Source: an uncultured Gammaproteobacteria bacterium
GTDB lineage: Bacteria; Patescibacteriota; Patescibacteriia; UBA2196
Direction: 5' to 3'
Assembly: GCA_964435065.1 (NCBI GenBank)
Contig: CAYSXS010000005.1
Coordinates: 1 to 54,220, forward strand
DNA: 54,220 bases
In this document: positions 9,665 to 19,472 of the stretch, one piece after another
Numbering within the stretch: position 1 is the first letter of the stretch
How the letters are laid out: each line of letters begins with the position of its first letter
The notes under the pieces: generated by a model
The model's input: only the letters and a program-made list of their open reading frames with translations
What the model was told of the DNA's origin: nothing
The model's database searches: none
Position numbers and translations under genes: made by a program

Positions 9665-9741
9665 GGTGGGTGTAGCTCAATTGGTAGAGCATCTCGTCGT
9701 GGCCGAGACGGTTGCCGGTTCAAGTCCGGTCATTCACCCCA
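9665..9741 (+). tRNA. tRNA-His(GUG) with G-1, C73 and encoded CCA; atypical C33
   Basis: Cloverleaf GTGGGTG/CATTCAC, GCTC/GAGC, TCTCG-TCGTGGC-CGAGA, GCCGG-TTCAAGT-CCGGT. Confidence 0.93.
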
Positions 9742-9768
9742 AAGTGTTTAATAATTAAACTAAATAAT

Positions 9769-10524
9769 ATGAAAAAAGACATTTTATTAATTGGCGCAAT
9801 TCACGGAGATGAGCCATTAGGGCCAGAGATTTTGGCTAAAATAGACAAAAATAATAGATTTGATTGGATTATTGGTAACCCAAAAGCTTTATTTTTGAAA
9901 AAAAGAGAATACCAAAAGGATTTAAATAGAAGTGCACCAGGAGAAATATCCTCAGAGATATATGAATCTAGAAGAGCCGCAGAAATTCTATCTTTATCTA
10001 AGGAATATAAATATGTAATAGATATTCACGGATCAACTAAAAAAACAGGTGTTTTTATTATAATAACAAAACCAACAAAAGAAAATTTTAAACTGGCTGC
10101 TTTGTTAAATATTAAAAAAATAGTTTATTGGCCAAGTTTTGATAAAGAATTAGAGGGCCCATTAAGTGAATTTTTTAATTGTGGCCTAGAGATAGAGTGT
10201 GGTCCAAAGAATTCAAAAAAGATAAAAAAGGAATTAGAAAATATTTTATTAAATTTTTTAGATAATTATAAAAAAAGAGAAAAAAGTTCTTTTATAAAAC
10301 AAATGAAAAGAAAGGAGGTATATCAAGTTTATGGTTCATTAAAGAAAAAACAAAAAAATATTAAATTACAAGAATTTAAATTAACTACAGGAGGAACAAA
10401 AGAAAAGTTTTATCCAATATTTATTGGAGGTTACACTAATTTGGTTTGTTATAAAACCAAAAAACTAAATTCACAAGAAATATTTACTTTATTCAAGGAA
10501 AATAAAAATGCAAAGAATAATTGA
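9769..10524 (+). CDS. Succinylglutamate desuccinylase/aspartoacylase family (M14-like Zn hydrolase)
   Basis: HGDEPLG, GNPKA, DLNR, IDIHG, IECG; the ORF-track start at 9712 lies inside the tRNA, so ATG 9769 is used. Confidence 0.85.
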   Translation: MKKDILLIGAIHGDEPLGPEILAKIDKNNRFDWIIGNPKALFLKKREYQKDLNRSAPGEISSEIYESRRAAEILSLSKEYKYVIDIHGSTKKTGVFIIITKPTKENFKLAALLNIKKIVYWPSFDKELEGPLSEFFNCGLEIECGPKNSKKIKKELENILLNFLDNYKKREKSSFIKQMKRKEVYQVYGSLKKKQKNIKLQEFKLTTGGTKEKFYPIFIGGYTNLVCYKTKKLNSQEIFTLFKENKNAKNN

Positions 10525-11464
10525 TTATTTTAGGAATGCTTCTGGGTGTGAATCAACAAAAAGAGGCATTGGGATTGAAATTGAAACCTTGTTTATTGAT
10601 AAGGAAAGAAAACCAATAACTTTAAAAATGTCTCAACAAATTTTTATTAGCTTAATTGGTTCTAACGACTGGAAGTTGGTTGAATCTAAAAACGGGATTA
10701 TTGTGCAGATTGAGTATAAAGGGTTTAAGAGTAATTTCGTGGATTATAAATATAATCTGGTTTATGAACTTGGCTGGAATAATATTGAATTAAGAACAGC
10801 AGTTGAAAATATAAATAATTATGAATTGTTATTTATAAACACTAAGACCATTCTTAATCAAATATATTCTTTTGCTAAAGAAATTGGTGCTTTTGCACTT
10901 TATGAGCCATATGACGGTCAGAGATCTATTAAAACTCTTATTATGCCAGACAAAAGAGATGAGATATGGTTAGAACTTGATGGCTCGGTGCTTAAAGTAT
11001 TGGGGCATATAGCTGCTGTTCAATATACAATTGATCTCTGTTCTATCGACGAAGGTATAGAATTTATAAAATTATTAAATAAATTTTATATTAAAAAACA
11101 ATGGCCTTCAGGATCAGTTTCTAGAATTTGGAAAAACTATATTAAATACTCAAAAGCTGATTTTGAGACCAATCGTTTTGGCCCGCCACCCGAATCTTTC
11201 AAAGACTATTGCGAAGGGATGGCAGGTCTCAAGGTTTTTATGAACCGACAAGGGAATGCAGATTTAGAGATAATTAATTATCCTGTTGAGTTTAAAAATA
11301 TTGATAAAATTGATTTTGATTTATTTTTACGATCAGTTTGGTGGTGGAGCAGGTTTAGAGTTATTAATAACAGACTGGCGTTAGAAATTAGACCTGCACC
11401 ACGCGGGGCTGATACAGAAATTCAAAGTAATTTTTTAGAAATCAAAAAACTTTTAAAAATTTAA
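10508..11464 (+). CDS. Glutamate--cysteine ligase / carboxylate-amine ligase-like protein
   Basis: IGIEIE, ELGWNNIEL, AAVQYTID, SRFR...LEIRP motifs; overlaps the upstream gene. Confidence 0.65.
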   Translation: MQRIIDYFRNASGCESTKRGIGIEIETLFIDKERKPITLKMSQQIFISLIGSNDWKLVESKNGIIVQIEYKGFKSNFVDYKYNLVYELGWNNIELRTAVENINNYELLFINTKTILNQIYSFAKEIGAFALYEPYDGQRSIKTLIMPDKRDEIWLELDGSVLKVLGHIAAVQYTIDLCSIDEGIEFIKLLNKFYIKKQWPSGSVSRIWKNYIKYSKADFETNRFGPPPESFKDYCEGMAGLKVFMNRQGNADLEIINYPVEFKNIDKIDFDLFLRSVWWWSRFRVINNRLALEIRPAPRGADTEIQSNFLEIKKLLKI

Positions 11465-11471
11465 AAGTTTT

Positions 11472-11504
11472 AAAAAGCCACTCTTTTTTTTGAGTGGCTT
11501 TTTT
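11472..11504. terminator. Bidirectional intrinsic terminator
   Basis: AAAAAGCCACTC-T8-GAGTGGCTTTTTT between convergent genes. Confidence 0.85.
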
Positions 11505-11508
11505 ATTT

Positions 11509-12945
11509 TCATAATATCTCAATTGCTTTTTTAATTCTTTCCAGAGCTTTTTCTTTTCCAAGTACTTCAGCTACTTCAAAAGGTCCAGGAGAGTTTTGTT
11601 GGCCTGTTAATGCTACGCGCATTGGCCAGAGTGTATCCCCTGTTCCTAAATTTTTAGCTTTTATGGTTTCTATTAATAGTTGTTCTAAAGAACCACGAGT
11701 CCAATTTTCTTTAGGAATCTTATTTAACTCCTCATATATAAACTCTAATCTAGACTTAGCTGTTTCTAAATCAGATTTTCTCCATTTTAATAGTTCTTTA
11801 TCATATAATATTTCTTTAAAGAAATATTGTGTAACTTCTGGAATTTCAGAAAGTTTTTTAATTCTTTCTTGTTCTAATGCTACTACAGATTGAACATATT
11901 TTTCATCATAACTTTCTGAATCAATGAGTTTAGCATCTATTAGGTATGGCATGCACCTTTCTGTAAAGTTTTCTAAGCTTAATTCTCTGATATATAAACC
12001 ATTCATCCAGTCTAGCTTCTCTATATCAAACACAGCTCCTGCTTTATGTACTTTATCTAAAGAAAATTCATTTTCTAGTTTTTCTAAAGTAAATATTTCT
12101 TCTTCATTTCCAGGATTCCATCCTAGGAGGGCTATATAGTTTAGGAGAGCTTCTGGTAGATAACCAAGTTTTTTAAATTCTAAAACCCCAGTTGCTCCAT
12201 CGCGTTTAGATAATTTAGATTTATCGGGAGCCAGGATTAATGGGACATGAGCAAATTCTGGTAAATCCCAATTAAACATTTGGTAAAGTAAGATATGTTT
12301 AGGTGTTGATGGAAGCCATTCTTCTGCTCTAATTACATGGGTTATTTCCATTTCATGATCATCAATTACATTAGCTAAATGATATGTTGGAAAACCATCA
12401 GATTTTAATAATACTTGATCATCAATTTCTTTATGATCAAATTCTACTTCTCCTCTAATTAGATCTTTAAATTTAGTTTTTCCTTCAGTAATTTTCATTC
12501 TAATTACATGTGGAGTTCCTGCTTTTAATTTTTCTTCTACTTCTTCTTGGGTTAGTTTTAAACATCTTCGGTCATACCTAGGTGCTTGTTTGTTTTGTTC
12601 TTGTATTTTTCTCATTTCAGCTAAAGTTTCTTGAGTACAGAAACAATAATATGCTTTACCTTCATTAACTAGTTGTTCTGCATATTTCTTATATATCTCT
12701 ATCCTTGTTGATTGATAAGGAATATTATCTATATTATCTGGTTTAATATTTACCCAATTTAAAGCATCTAGGATTGAATCTACCCCGCCTTCTTTTAATC
12801 TATCTTGATCGGTATCTTCTATTCTTAATATGAATTCACCATTATTTTTTTTAGCAAACAAATATTCAAAAAGAGCAGATCTTAGATTTCCTATATGTAT
12901 ATCTCCTGTTGGACTTGGTGCAAATCTTGTTTTAATTTTATTCAT
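11509..12945 (-). CDS. gltX: Glutamate--tRNA ligase
   Basis: RFAPSPTG, HIGN, RIEDTD, KLSKR. Confidence 0.97.
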   Translation of the reverse strand: MNKIKTRFAPSPTGDIHIGNLRSALFEYLFAKKNNGEFILRIEDTDQDRLKEGGVDSILDALNWVNIKPDNIDNIPYQSTRIEIYKKYAEQLVNEGKAYYCFCTQETLAEMRKIQEQNKQAPRYDRRCLKLTQEEVEEKLKAGTPHVIRMKITEGKTKFKDLIRGEVEFDHKEIDDQVLLKSDGFPTYHLANVIDDHEMEITHVIRAEEWLPSTPKHILLYQMFNWDLPEFAHVPLILAPDKSKLSKRDGATGVLEFKKLGYLPEALLNYIALLGWNPGNEEEIFTLEKLENEFSLDKVHKAGAVFDIEKLDWMNGLYIRELSLENFTERCMPYLIDAKLIDSESYDEKYVQSVVALEQERIKKLSEIPEVTQYFFKEILYDKELLKWRKSDLETAKSRLEFIYEELNKIPKENWTRGSLEQLLIETIKAKNLGTGDTLWPMRVALTGQQNSPGPFEVAEVLGKEKALERIKKAIEIL

Positions 12946-13025
12946 ATTGACTTTTTTAGTATATTAGTTTAAGGTGGTTATAGTTAATTATATAATTTGA
13001 ATTTTACTATGGAGGTAAACTTATT

Positions 13026-13406
13026 ATGGTACTTCTTGTAAAACATAAGTGTGGTATTATTGGTTTTATCTTAGGTATTGTTTTTGTCGTATTATTTGGT
13101 CTGTTGATTGTTTTATGTTGCTCTTATGCCAACTTCGTTGAATCTATGGAGAGTACTAAGGGCATGAAAAGGTTTGTTCAACTAGTCTTAACGTCACCTA
13201 TTTTTTCTATTGCATTTGGGGTCGTAGGCCTGTTTTTTGCTAAAATAACTCAAAAGATATGTTATAAAATATTTTCGGGATTATATTATTATAAACCCAA
13301 AAAAAAAGATCTTGCAAATATAATAATATTTTATCTTGTAAGTTATTTTGGAATTTTGGCTTTAGTTTATATTATTTTCACAATTTATTATAATCTATAC
13401 TTTTAG
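13026..13406 (+). CDS. Hypothetical membrane protein
   Basis: Three TM segments; GGAGG SD upstream. Confidence 0.6.
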   Translation: MVLLVKHKCGIIGFILGIVFVVLFGLLIVLCCSYANFVESMESTKGMKRFVQLVLTSPIFSIAFGVVGLFFAKITQKICYKIFSGLYYYKPKKKDLANIIIFYLVSYFGILALVYIIFTIYYNLYF

Positions 13407-14208
13407 TAAAGATTATTAATGGAAATTTTATAGTAGCATTCCAAATTCGTCTCCATCGCTTTGGTTGTTTAATTAATCTAAACAACCATTCGTATGAGCC
13501 TCGCAATTGTTGTGGGGCTCTGTTTATTTTATCAATTATGAAATCAATTGAAGCTCCCACACCTATTCCAAGCTTTAAACTTGGTATTTTTTTTATATTA
13601 TCTATCACTATCTTATCTTGATAAGGTGCACCCGTGTTGACTAACAATAAATCTGGCTTAAATTCATTTATCTTTTCTAAATCAATATTATTTCCATCTT
13701 TTTGCATCTTATCACATTGAAAATTTAATTTTTGATATTTTTCTTTTAATTTTACATTTACTTCTTCTTCTGTAGATAATCCTTTTTCCCAAATAAGTAT
13801 AGTTACTTTTAGATTTTGTTTTTCACAAATTTCTAATATATCAGGAATTAAATCTGCACCTGTGATAATTTCCTTAACAACATCTAATTTTGTGTCTTTT
13901 TTTGTTATTCCCCACCACGCTATTTTCATTCCTATTAAAAATTTAATAATTTTAGATTTTTTATCTTTAGCCAAATCAAGATATTTAGCTGCTAATCTAA
14001 TTCCATATCCATCAGCTATAGATAACCATGAGTTATTTAATATCTCTTTAAACTCTATATTTTTCTGAGCCTCAATAATGAATTCAGGATTAGTTGTTAC
14101 AAGTTGTTCTTGTCTGTTTGATTGTAATAACTCTTTAATTTTTTCTAAAAGTTCAATTTTAGAAATCACATCTATTTTAACATCTAAAATTTTAATTTGT
14201 TTGTTCAT
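13378..14208 (-). CDS. WecB/TagA/CpsF family glycosyltransferase
   Basis: TTNPE, ADG, ITGADL, GAPYQ, GVGASIDF, RAP..EWLFRL..QPKR. Confidence 0.92.
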   Translation of the reverse strand: MNKQIKILDVKIDVISKIELLEKIKELLQSNRQEQLVTTNPEFIIEAQKNIEFKEILNNSWLSIADGYGIRLAAKYLDLAKDKKSKIIKFLIGMKIAWWGITKKDTKLDVVKEIITGADLIPDILEICEKQNLKVTILIWEKGLSTEEEVNVKLKEKYQKLNFQCDKMQKDGNNIDLEKINEFKPDLLLVNTGAPYQDKIVIDNIKKIPSLKLGIGVGASIDFIIDKINRAPQQLRGSYEWLFRLIKQPKRWRRIWNATIKFPLIIFTKSIDYNKL

Positions 14209-14756
14209 AAATCATAACTTTCAACTACATCATACATTGGTCCTTCTGCAGTTAGTGTACTAGCAATAAGTTTAAATGAATCAACCTTAAATTCATAATC
14301 CTTCATTTCTTCTCCGGGGAATTTAACTCTATTACTATTACTCTTTACTCTTCCTAAAGTTGTATGAGCAATAAAAGGTCTCTCTTCTATATGTATCTTT
14401 TCTTGTATTAATATATCCTTAAGATCTGAATAAAGTTTGATTAAATTATTCTCTCCGGAGTGTTTGATTCCTAAGAATAGGATTCTAGGGTTTTCTATAC
14501 CTGGAAAGGCTCCAACTCCTGTTAAGACCAGTGAAATTGGCCCATATTTCTCTTTTAAAGCCTTTAATTCCTGTTTCAGGTGGTTTAGATCATTTTCATT
14601 TAAATCCCCTAAAAAATGCATGTTTATATGTCCAATATGTGGGTCTACCCAAGTTATCTTAACGTCAGAATTTTGTTGCTTTAAACCATCCTGAATATCT
14701 TTAAAAACAGTTTTAGCTTCTGGAGGTAAATTTAAAGCAATAAAATACCTTGGCAT
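14205..14756 (-). CDS. thpR: RNA 2',3'-cyclic phosphodiesterase (2H family)
   Basis: RYFIAL, HINMHFLG, GAFP, FIAHTTLGR, STLT..GP.Y. Confidence 0.88.
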   Translation of the reverse strand: MPRYFIALNLPPEAKTVFKDIQDGLKQQNSDVKITWVDPHIGHINMHFLGDLNENDLNHLKQELKALKEKYGPISLVLTGVGAFPGIENPRILFLGIKHSGENNLIKLYSDLKDILIQEKIHIEERPFIAHTTLGRVKSNSNRVKFPGEEMKDYEFKVDSFKLIASTLTAEGPMYDVVESYDL

Positions 14757-14868
14757 ATACATACATATTAACAATTTAATGTTTTTTTGGCAATTTTATG
14801 TATTGTTCAAATAATACATATTTGATATACTGAATGTGTATAAATATTAACAAATACAAAGAAAGCGT

Positions 14869-16218
14869 ATGAAAACAAAACTATTAATCTCTCTTCTAAG
14901 TTTAGGTATTATTCTAGCACCAATAAGTGGTGTTTTTGCACAAGAAACATTTAATCCACATTACATCATATCAAATAACGATATGACAGACTATACTTCT
15001 ATGAGTATGGATGATGTGTTTAATTTTCTTAAAGACAAAGGTAGTACTTTACATACATACATTGATCCTAACGCAAGAATGATTACTCCACAGATAATAT
15101 TAGATTCAGCTTGGTTATACAAGATTAGTCCAAGATATATTTTAACTCTATTACAAAAAGAGCAAAGTTTAGTAACTGATTCTACTCCTTCTAAAGGACA
15201 ATTAGATTGGGCTGCTGGTTATGGTTGCCCAGACAGTGGTGGTTGTGGAGAAAAATATAGAGGATTGGCTAATCAAATTGATTGGGGTGCAGGTTCGGCT
15301 AGATACTATTTAGATAACCCTAATGAATTTAGATATCAAACAGGACAAAGTTATCAAATTGATGGTGAGAATGTAACTATGACCAATGATGCAACCAAGG
15401 CTTTGTATATCTATACCCCACACATACATGGTAATGAATTATTCCATGATATATGGTCAGATTGGTTCGGTTTAAATGGAGGATATCCAGATGGATCACT
15501 TTTACAAAATCAAGCTGATGGTGGTATCTGGTTAATACAAGGAGGCACAAAAAGAGCATTTGCATCTAAATCAGCATTTGCATCAAGGTATTCTTTTGAT
15601 AAAATTTTATCTGTGCCTGCTGATGAGTTAGCTAATTATGAGACAGGTATACCAATTAAATATTCAAACTATTCTCTATTAGAAACTCCGGCCAGTGAAA
15701 TATATCTATTAGACAATGATACTTTAAGACGTATATCTAGTATGGAAGTATTCAGAGTTATTGGTTTAAACCCAGAAGAAGTAATTGATGTTGAAGAAAA
15801 AGAAATCTCAGGATATGTTTTGGGAGAAGCAATTACTATTGAAAGTTCTTATCCAACGGGTGGACTGTTGCAAGATAATACAACTGGTGGTGTATATTAT
15901 GTAGAAAATGGAAAGAAGCACCCTATCTGGTCAAGAGAACTTATGCAAGTATATTATTCAGATTTTAAATTGACTCCAGTTTCTCCAGAAGAATTAGAAA
16001 AATATCCAACTTCTGATCCAGCTAAGTTAAGAGATGGTGAATTAGTTAAGTCTAAAGATAAACCCGAAGTATATGTAATTTCTAATGGTCAACGTAGACC
16101 AATTGCTGACGAAAAGACATTTGAAGGTTTGGGTTACAAATGGGCTAATATTATTACAACTACAAGCAAAGTTTTGAGTTTACACCCATTAGGAGATGAA
16201 TTAAAGATAGATAAATAA
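14869..16218 (+). CDS. Secreted protein with possible lysozyme-like N-domain and about four C-terminal repeats
   Basis: Signal peptide; KEQSL, GYGCPD, YTPH; repeated (Y/R)xxGxLL...YxIxNGxKRPI units. Confidence 0.7.
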   Translation: MKTKLLISLLSLGIILAPISGVFAQETFNPHYIISNNDMTDYTSMSMDDVFNFLKDKGSTLHTYIDPNARMITPQIILDSAWLYKISPRYILTLLQKEQSLVTDSTPSKGQLDWAAGYGCPDSGGCGEKYRGLANQIDWGAGSARYYLDNPNEFRYQTGQSYQIDGENVTMTNDATKALYIYTPHIHGNELFHDIWSDWFGLNGGYPDGSLLQNQADGGIWLIQGGTKRAFASKSAFASRYSFDKILSVPADELANYETGIPIKYSNYSLLETPASEIYLLDNDTLRRISSMEVFRVIGLNPEEVIDVEEKEISGYVLGEAITIESSYPTGGLLQDNTTGGVYYVENGKKHPIWSRELMQVYYSDFKLTPVSPEELEKYPTSDPAKLRDGELVKSKDKPEVYVISNGQRRPIADEKTFEGLGYKWANIITTTSKVLSLHPLGDELKIDK

Positions 16219-16223
16219 GAAGT

Positions 16224-17006
16224 ATGCTAATTTTTTCAGCTATTACACCACATCCTCCAATTTTAATTCCCACTATAGGGAAAGAAAATTTAGATGTGAT
16301 TAAAAAAACAAAATTAGCTATGGAAAAATTGGCTGGTGATTTATATTCTCTAAAGCCTGATACAATAATAATCTTCACACCCCATGGTGAAATACATGAA
16401 AGTAAAATATCAATTAATCAATCCCCTGTTTTAAAAGCTTCATTAGCAGAGTTTGGTGATTTAGTTACTAAATTAGAATGGCAAGGCCATTTGGGAATGT
16501 CATATCAAATCTATGAACATTTTGAAACAAAAGATATTGTTAGGTTGGTTCATGAAGAAGAAGTAGATCATGGTATATCTGTTCCTTTGTCATATTTATC
16601 TGAAGGATTAAAAGATATTAAGGTTATACCAATAAGTTATTCTGGTGCAGATTTAAAAACACATTTTAATTTTGGTAAAGATTTATCAAGTTTAATTAAA
16701 AAAAGTAATGAAAGAATTGCAGTTATTGCTTCCGGAGACCTTTCTCATTCTTTAATAGAAGATTCTCCTGCAGGATATGCGCCAGAAGGTAAGAAGTTTG
16801 ATAAAAAACTTATTGAATCAATTAGGGACAAACAATATGATAAAGCTATTAAGGTTGATGAAGATTTTATGAAAAAAGCCGGAGAATGTGGTATGCGTTC
16901 AATAGCCATGTTGTTAGGTGTAATTAATGAAGTAGATTTAAAACCAAACATCTTATCCTACGAAGGACCATTTGGTGTAGGATATCTAGTAGCTGAGTTT
17001 ATTTAA
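16224..17006 (+). CDS. AmmeMemoRadiSam protein B / LigB-Memo-like dioxygenase fold
   Basis: PHPPILIP, TPH, DHG, ASGDLSH, ECG, SYEGPFGVGY. Confidence 0.85.
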   Translation: MLIFSAITPHPPILIPTIGKENLDVIKKTKLAMEKLAGDLYSLKPDTIIIFTPHGEIHESKISINQSPVLKASLAEFGDLVTKLEWQGHLGMSYQIYEHFETKDIVRLVHEEEVDHGISVPLSYLSEGLKDIKVIPISYSGADLKTHFNFGKDLSSLIKKSNERIAVIASGDLSHSLIEDSPAGYAPEGKKFDKKLIESIRDKQYDKAIKVDEDFMKKAGECGMRSIAMLLGVINEVDLKPNILSYEGPFGVGYLVAEFI

Positions 17007-17037
17007 AACAATTATTATATATAGAATAGAAAAAAAG

Positions 17038-17070
17038 AACCGCTACCTAAAAATAAGATAGCGGTTTTTT
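17038..17070. terminator. Intrinsic terminator between convergent genes
   Basis: AACCGCTA...TAGCGGTTTTTT. Confidence 0.75.
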
Positions 17071-17077
17071 GTTTACA

Positions 17078-17527
17078 TTATTTGTGTTGTTCATCTTGAG
17101 ATATAACCCAGAGTTTAAGGAGACAGATTTTGCCAAGACATTCAAAAAACTTTATTATAGTATCCAGGTCAATAGGGTATTTTGTAGATGTGTCTTTAAG
17201 TGTATCAAATATTTGTAAAAATTCAGTTAATTCTTGAGCAACTTCTTTATAATTTGTTGCATGAACTTTACCAGTAATATGTCTAATTTTTATATAACAG
17301 ATAAAGGTAGAAATTTGTTTTGAATTTGGTCTTGAAACAAAAGGATTAATTCCTTTTTGCGCGATAACAAAAAAATTTTTAGCTTCAGCAATAAATCCAA
17401 AATCTCTATCGTCAAGTAAATTCAAACTACCAAATCTCTTATATTTTCTGAGAGTGCCGGCTACTCCACTTGATATGTATGCTAAACGTACAATATCTAG
17501 TGAATTTAAAAAATCAAATGATCTCAT
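17078..17527 (-). CDS. Hypothetical protein
   Basis: 149-aa ORF with AAGGAG SD. Confidence 0.6.
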   Translation of the reverse strand: MRSFDFLNSLDIVRLAYISSGVAGTLRKYKRFGSLNLLDDRDFGFIAEAKNFFVIAQKGINPFVSRPNSKQISTFICYIKIRHITGKVHATNYKEVAQELTEFLQIFDTLKDTSTKYPIDLDTIIKFFECLGKICLLKLWVISQDEQHK

Positions 17528-17603
17528 TATCTTCTCCTTCTGATTAATTTTATAAGGATATTATTTAGTTTAATCTTAACATAACATGTGCTAAAATGGA
17601 ATC

Positions 17604-19409
17604 ATGATAATAAAAGTAATACCAGCTATACGATTACCTAGGAATTTAGGTATATTTTCCTACAATGTTCCCAAAACAATGGAACAAGATATTAAAATTG
17701 GTCAAATTGTTGAAATTAATTTTAGAAATAGAACTGTTAGTGGTTTAATTGTAAATATTGAAAAAAAGGAAAGAAATAAGAAGTTTAAAGATATATCTAA
17801 ATTAATATATCAATTCCCTATCATAACCAAAGACCAGATATATTTAATTAAAAAAATATCTGAATATTATGCAGTTTCTGCTGGTGTTGTAACTAGATCT
17901 TTTATACCTTTTATTCCTAAACATACAAAGATAGATATTAAACAAAAAAGGACACAAAAGAAAACAAAACACACGAAAGAATTTTTTCTTTGGGAAAATT
18001 TTGATGAAAGGAACAAAAAATATTCAGAAGTTATTAAAAAAAATAAAGATAAACAAATTTTAATTTTAGTTCCTGAAATTGATCAAATAGATAAATTAAT
18101 TAAAGATCTAAATTTAGATGAAGACAAGGTTCTTAAAGTACATAGTCACTTAACAGCTAAAGTTAAATATTTTAAAGAATATGTAGATATCTTATCGGGA
18201 AAACCTAAAATTGTTATTGGGACAAAGATGTCTGTAACATTACCTTTTACTAATTTAGGTATGATTATTATAGACAACGAACAAAATTGGAATCATAAGC
18301 AATCAGATATTAATCCAAGATATGATTCTAGAAAAGTTTCTGAATGGCTAGCGGAAAAACAAAAATGTAAATTAATATATTCTACTCCTTCTCCTAGCAT
18401 AGAAAGATACTCAGATTTTAAGGATATACAAACAAGGAAGGTTAATAAGAGGTTTAATATAGTAAGTTTAGAAAGAGAACAAGAAAAAGGAAATTATTCT
18501 TTTTTAAGTGAAGAATTGATTAATAATATACAAGTAACTTTAGAAAACAAAGAACAAATCTTCATATTACATAACCGTAAGGGTTTAGCTGGTTTTGTTA
18601 CGTGCGAAGATTGTAAATATGTCTTTGTTTGTCCAGAATGTAATATATCTCTCATCTATCACAATGAAACAAAAAAAGTACATTGTCATCATTGTGGATT
18701 TTCAAAAGACATATCACCTCTTTGCCCTAAATGTGTAGGTCCTAATATTAAGTTTAAATCAAAAGGTGTAGAAGATATTGCCAATAAACTAAAGAATGTT
18801 TTTAAAGATAAGAAAATATTAACCCTATCTAAAGAAGATAAAGAGAAGAATATAAAAGATACAGATATTGTTATTGGTACACAATTTGCTTTACAAAAAT
18901 TAGATTTTAACAATCTAGGTTTAATTTCTTTTATTAATTTTGATCAATTAATTAAATATCCAGATTTTAGAGCTCAAGAAAAGGCTTTTCAAATGATTAA
19001 AAATCTGTTAGCAATAACAAAAGATACTCAGTTTATTATACAGACATATAATCCAGATGATATTATTTTACAAAGCTTAAAACAAAATAATTTAAAAAGA
19101 TTTTATGATTCAGAATTAAAAACAAGAAAAGAACTTAGCTATCCCCCATTTTCAAAATTAGTTAAGATAATTTTTCAAGATAAAAGTAATTCAAAAGCTT
19201 TTTATTTATCTGACCAATTAATAAAAAAGATTAAAGATAAAAAATTAGATATTGATATTTTAGGTCCTTTACCTGCTTATCCAAGAAAAGTTAGAGAAAA
19301 GTTTAGATATAACACTATTATTAAAACAAATAGACAAGATTTAAAAGATATCTATGATTTAGTTCCTCCAGATTTTGTTATTGATGTAGATCCAGAAAAA
19401 TTAGTGTAA
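17604..19409 (+). CDS. priA: Primosomal protein N' (short, degenerate helicase motifs)
   Basis: N-terminal 3'-binding domain, four CxxC pairs, NRKG, PDFRAQE, YPPF, IDVDP; no Walker A visible. Confidence 0.9.
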   Translation: MIIKVIPAIRLPRNLGIFSYNVPKTMEQDIKIGQIVEINFRNRTVSGLIVNIEKKERNKKFKDISKLIYQFPIITKDQIYLIKKISEYYAVSAGVVTRSFIPFIPKHTKIDIKQKRTQKKTKHTKEFFLWENFDERNKKYSEVIKKNKDKQILILVPEIDQIDKLIKDLNLDEDKVLKVHSHLTAKVKYFKEYVDILSGKPKIVIGTKMSVTLPFTNLGMIIIDNEQNWNHKQSDINPRYDSRKVSEWLAEKQKCKLIYSTPSPSIERYSDFKDIQTRKVNKRFNIVSLEREQEKGNYSFLSEELINNIQVTLENKEQIFILHNRKGLAGFVTCEDCKYVFVCPECNISLIYHNETKKVHCHHCGFSKDISPLCPKCVGPNIKFKSKGVEDIANKLKNVFKDKKILTLSKEDKEKNIKDTDIVIGTQFALQKLDFNNLGLISFINFDQLIKYPDFRAQEKAFQMIKNLLAITKDTQFIIQTYNPDDIILQSLKQNNLKRFYDSELKTRKELSYPPFSKLVKIIFQDKSNSKAFYLSDQLIKKIKDKKLDIDILGPLPAYPRKVREKFRYNTIIKTNRQDLKDIYDLVPPDFVIDVDPEKLV

Positions 19410-19412
19410 ATA

Positions 19413-19443
19413 AATAAGGGACTGTATAAGACAATCCCTTATT
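19413..19443. terminator. Hairpin between convergent genes
   Basis: AATAAGGGA...TCCCTTATT. Confidence 0.65.
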
Positions 19444-19472
19444 AAAATTTTTGTTATATATTCATGAATTTA

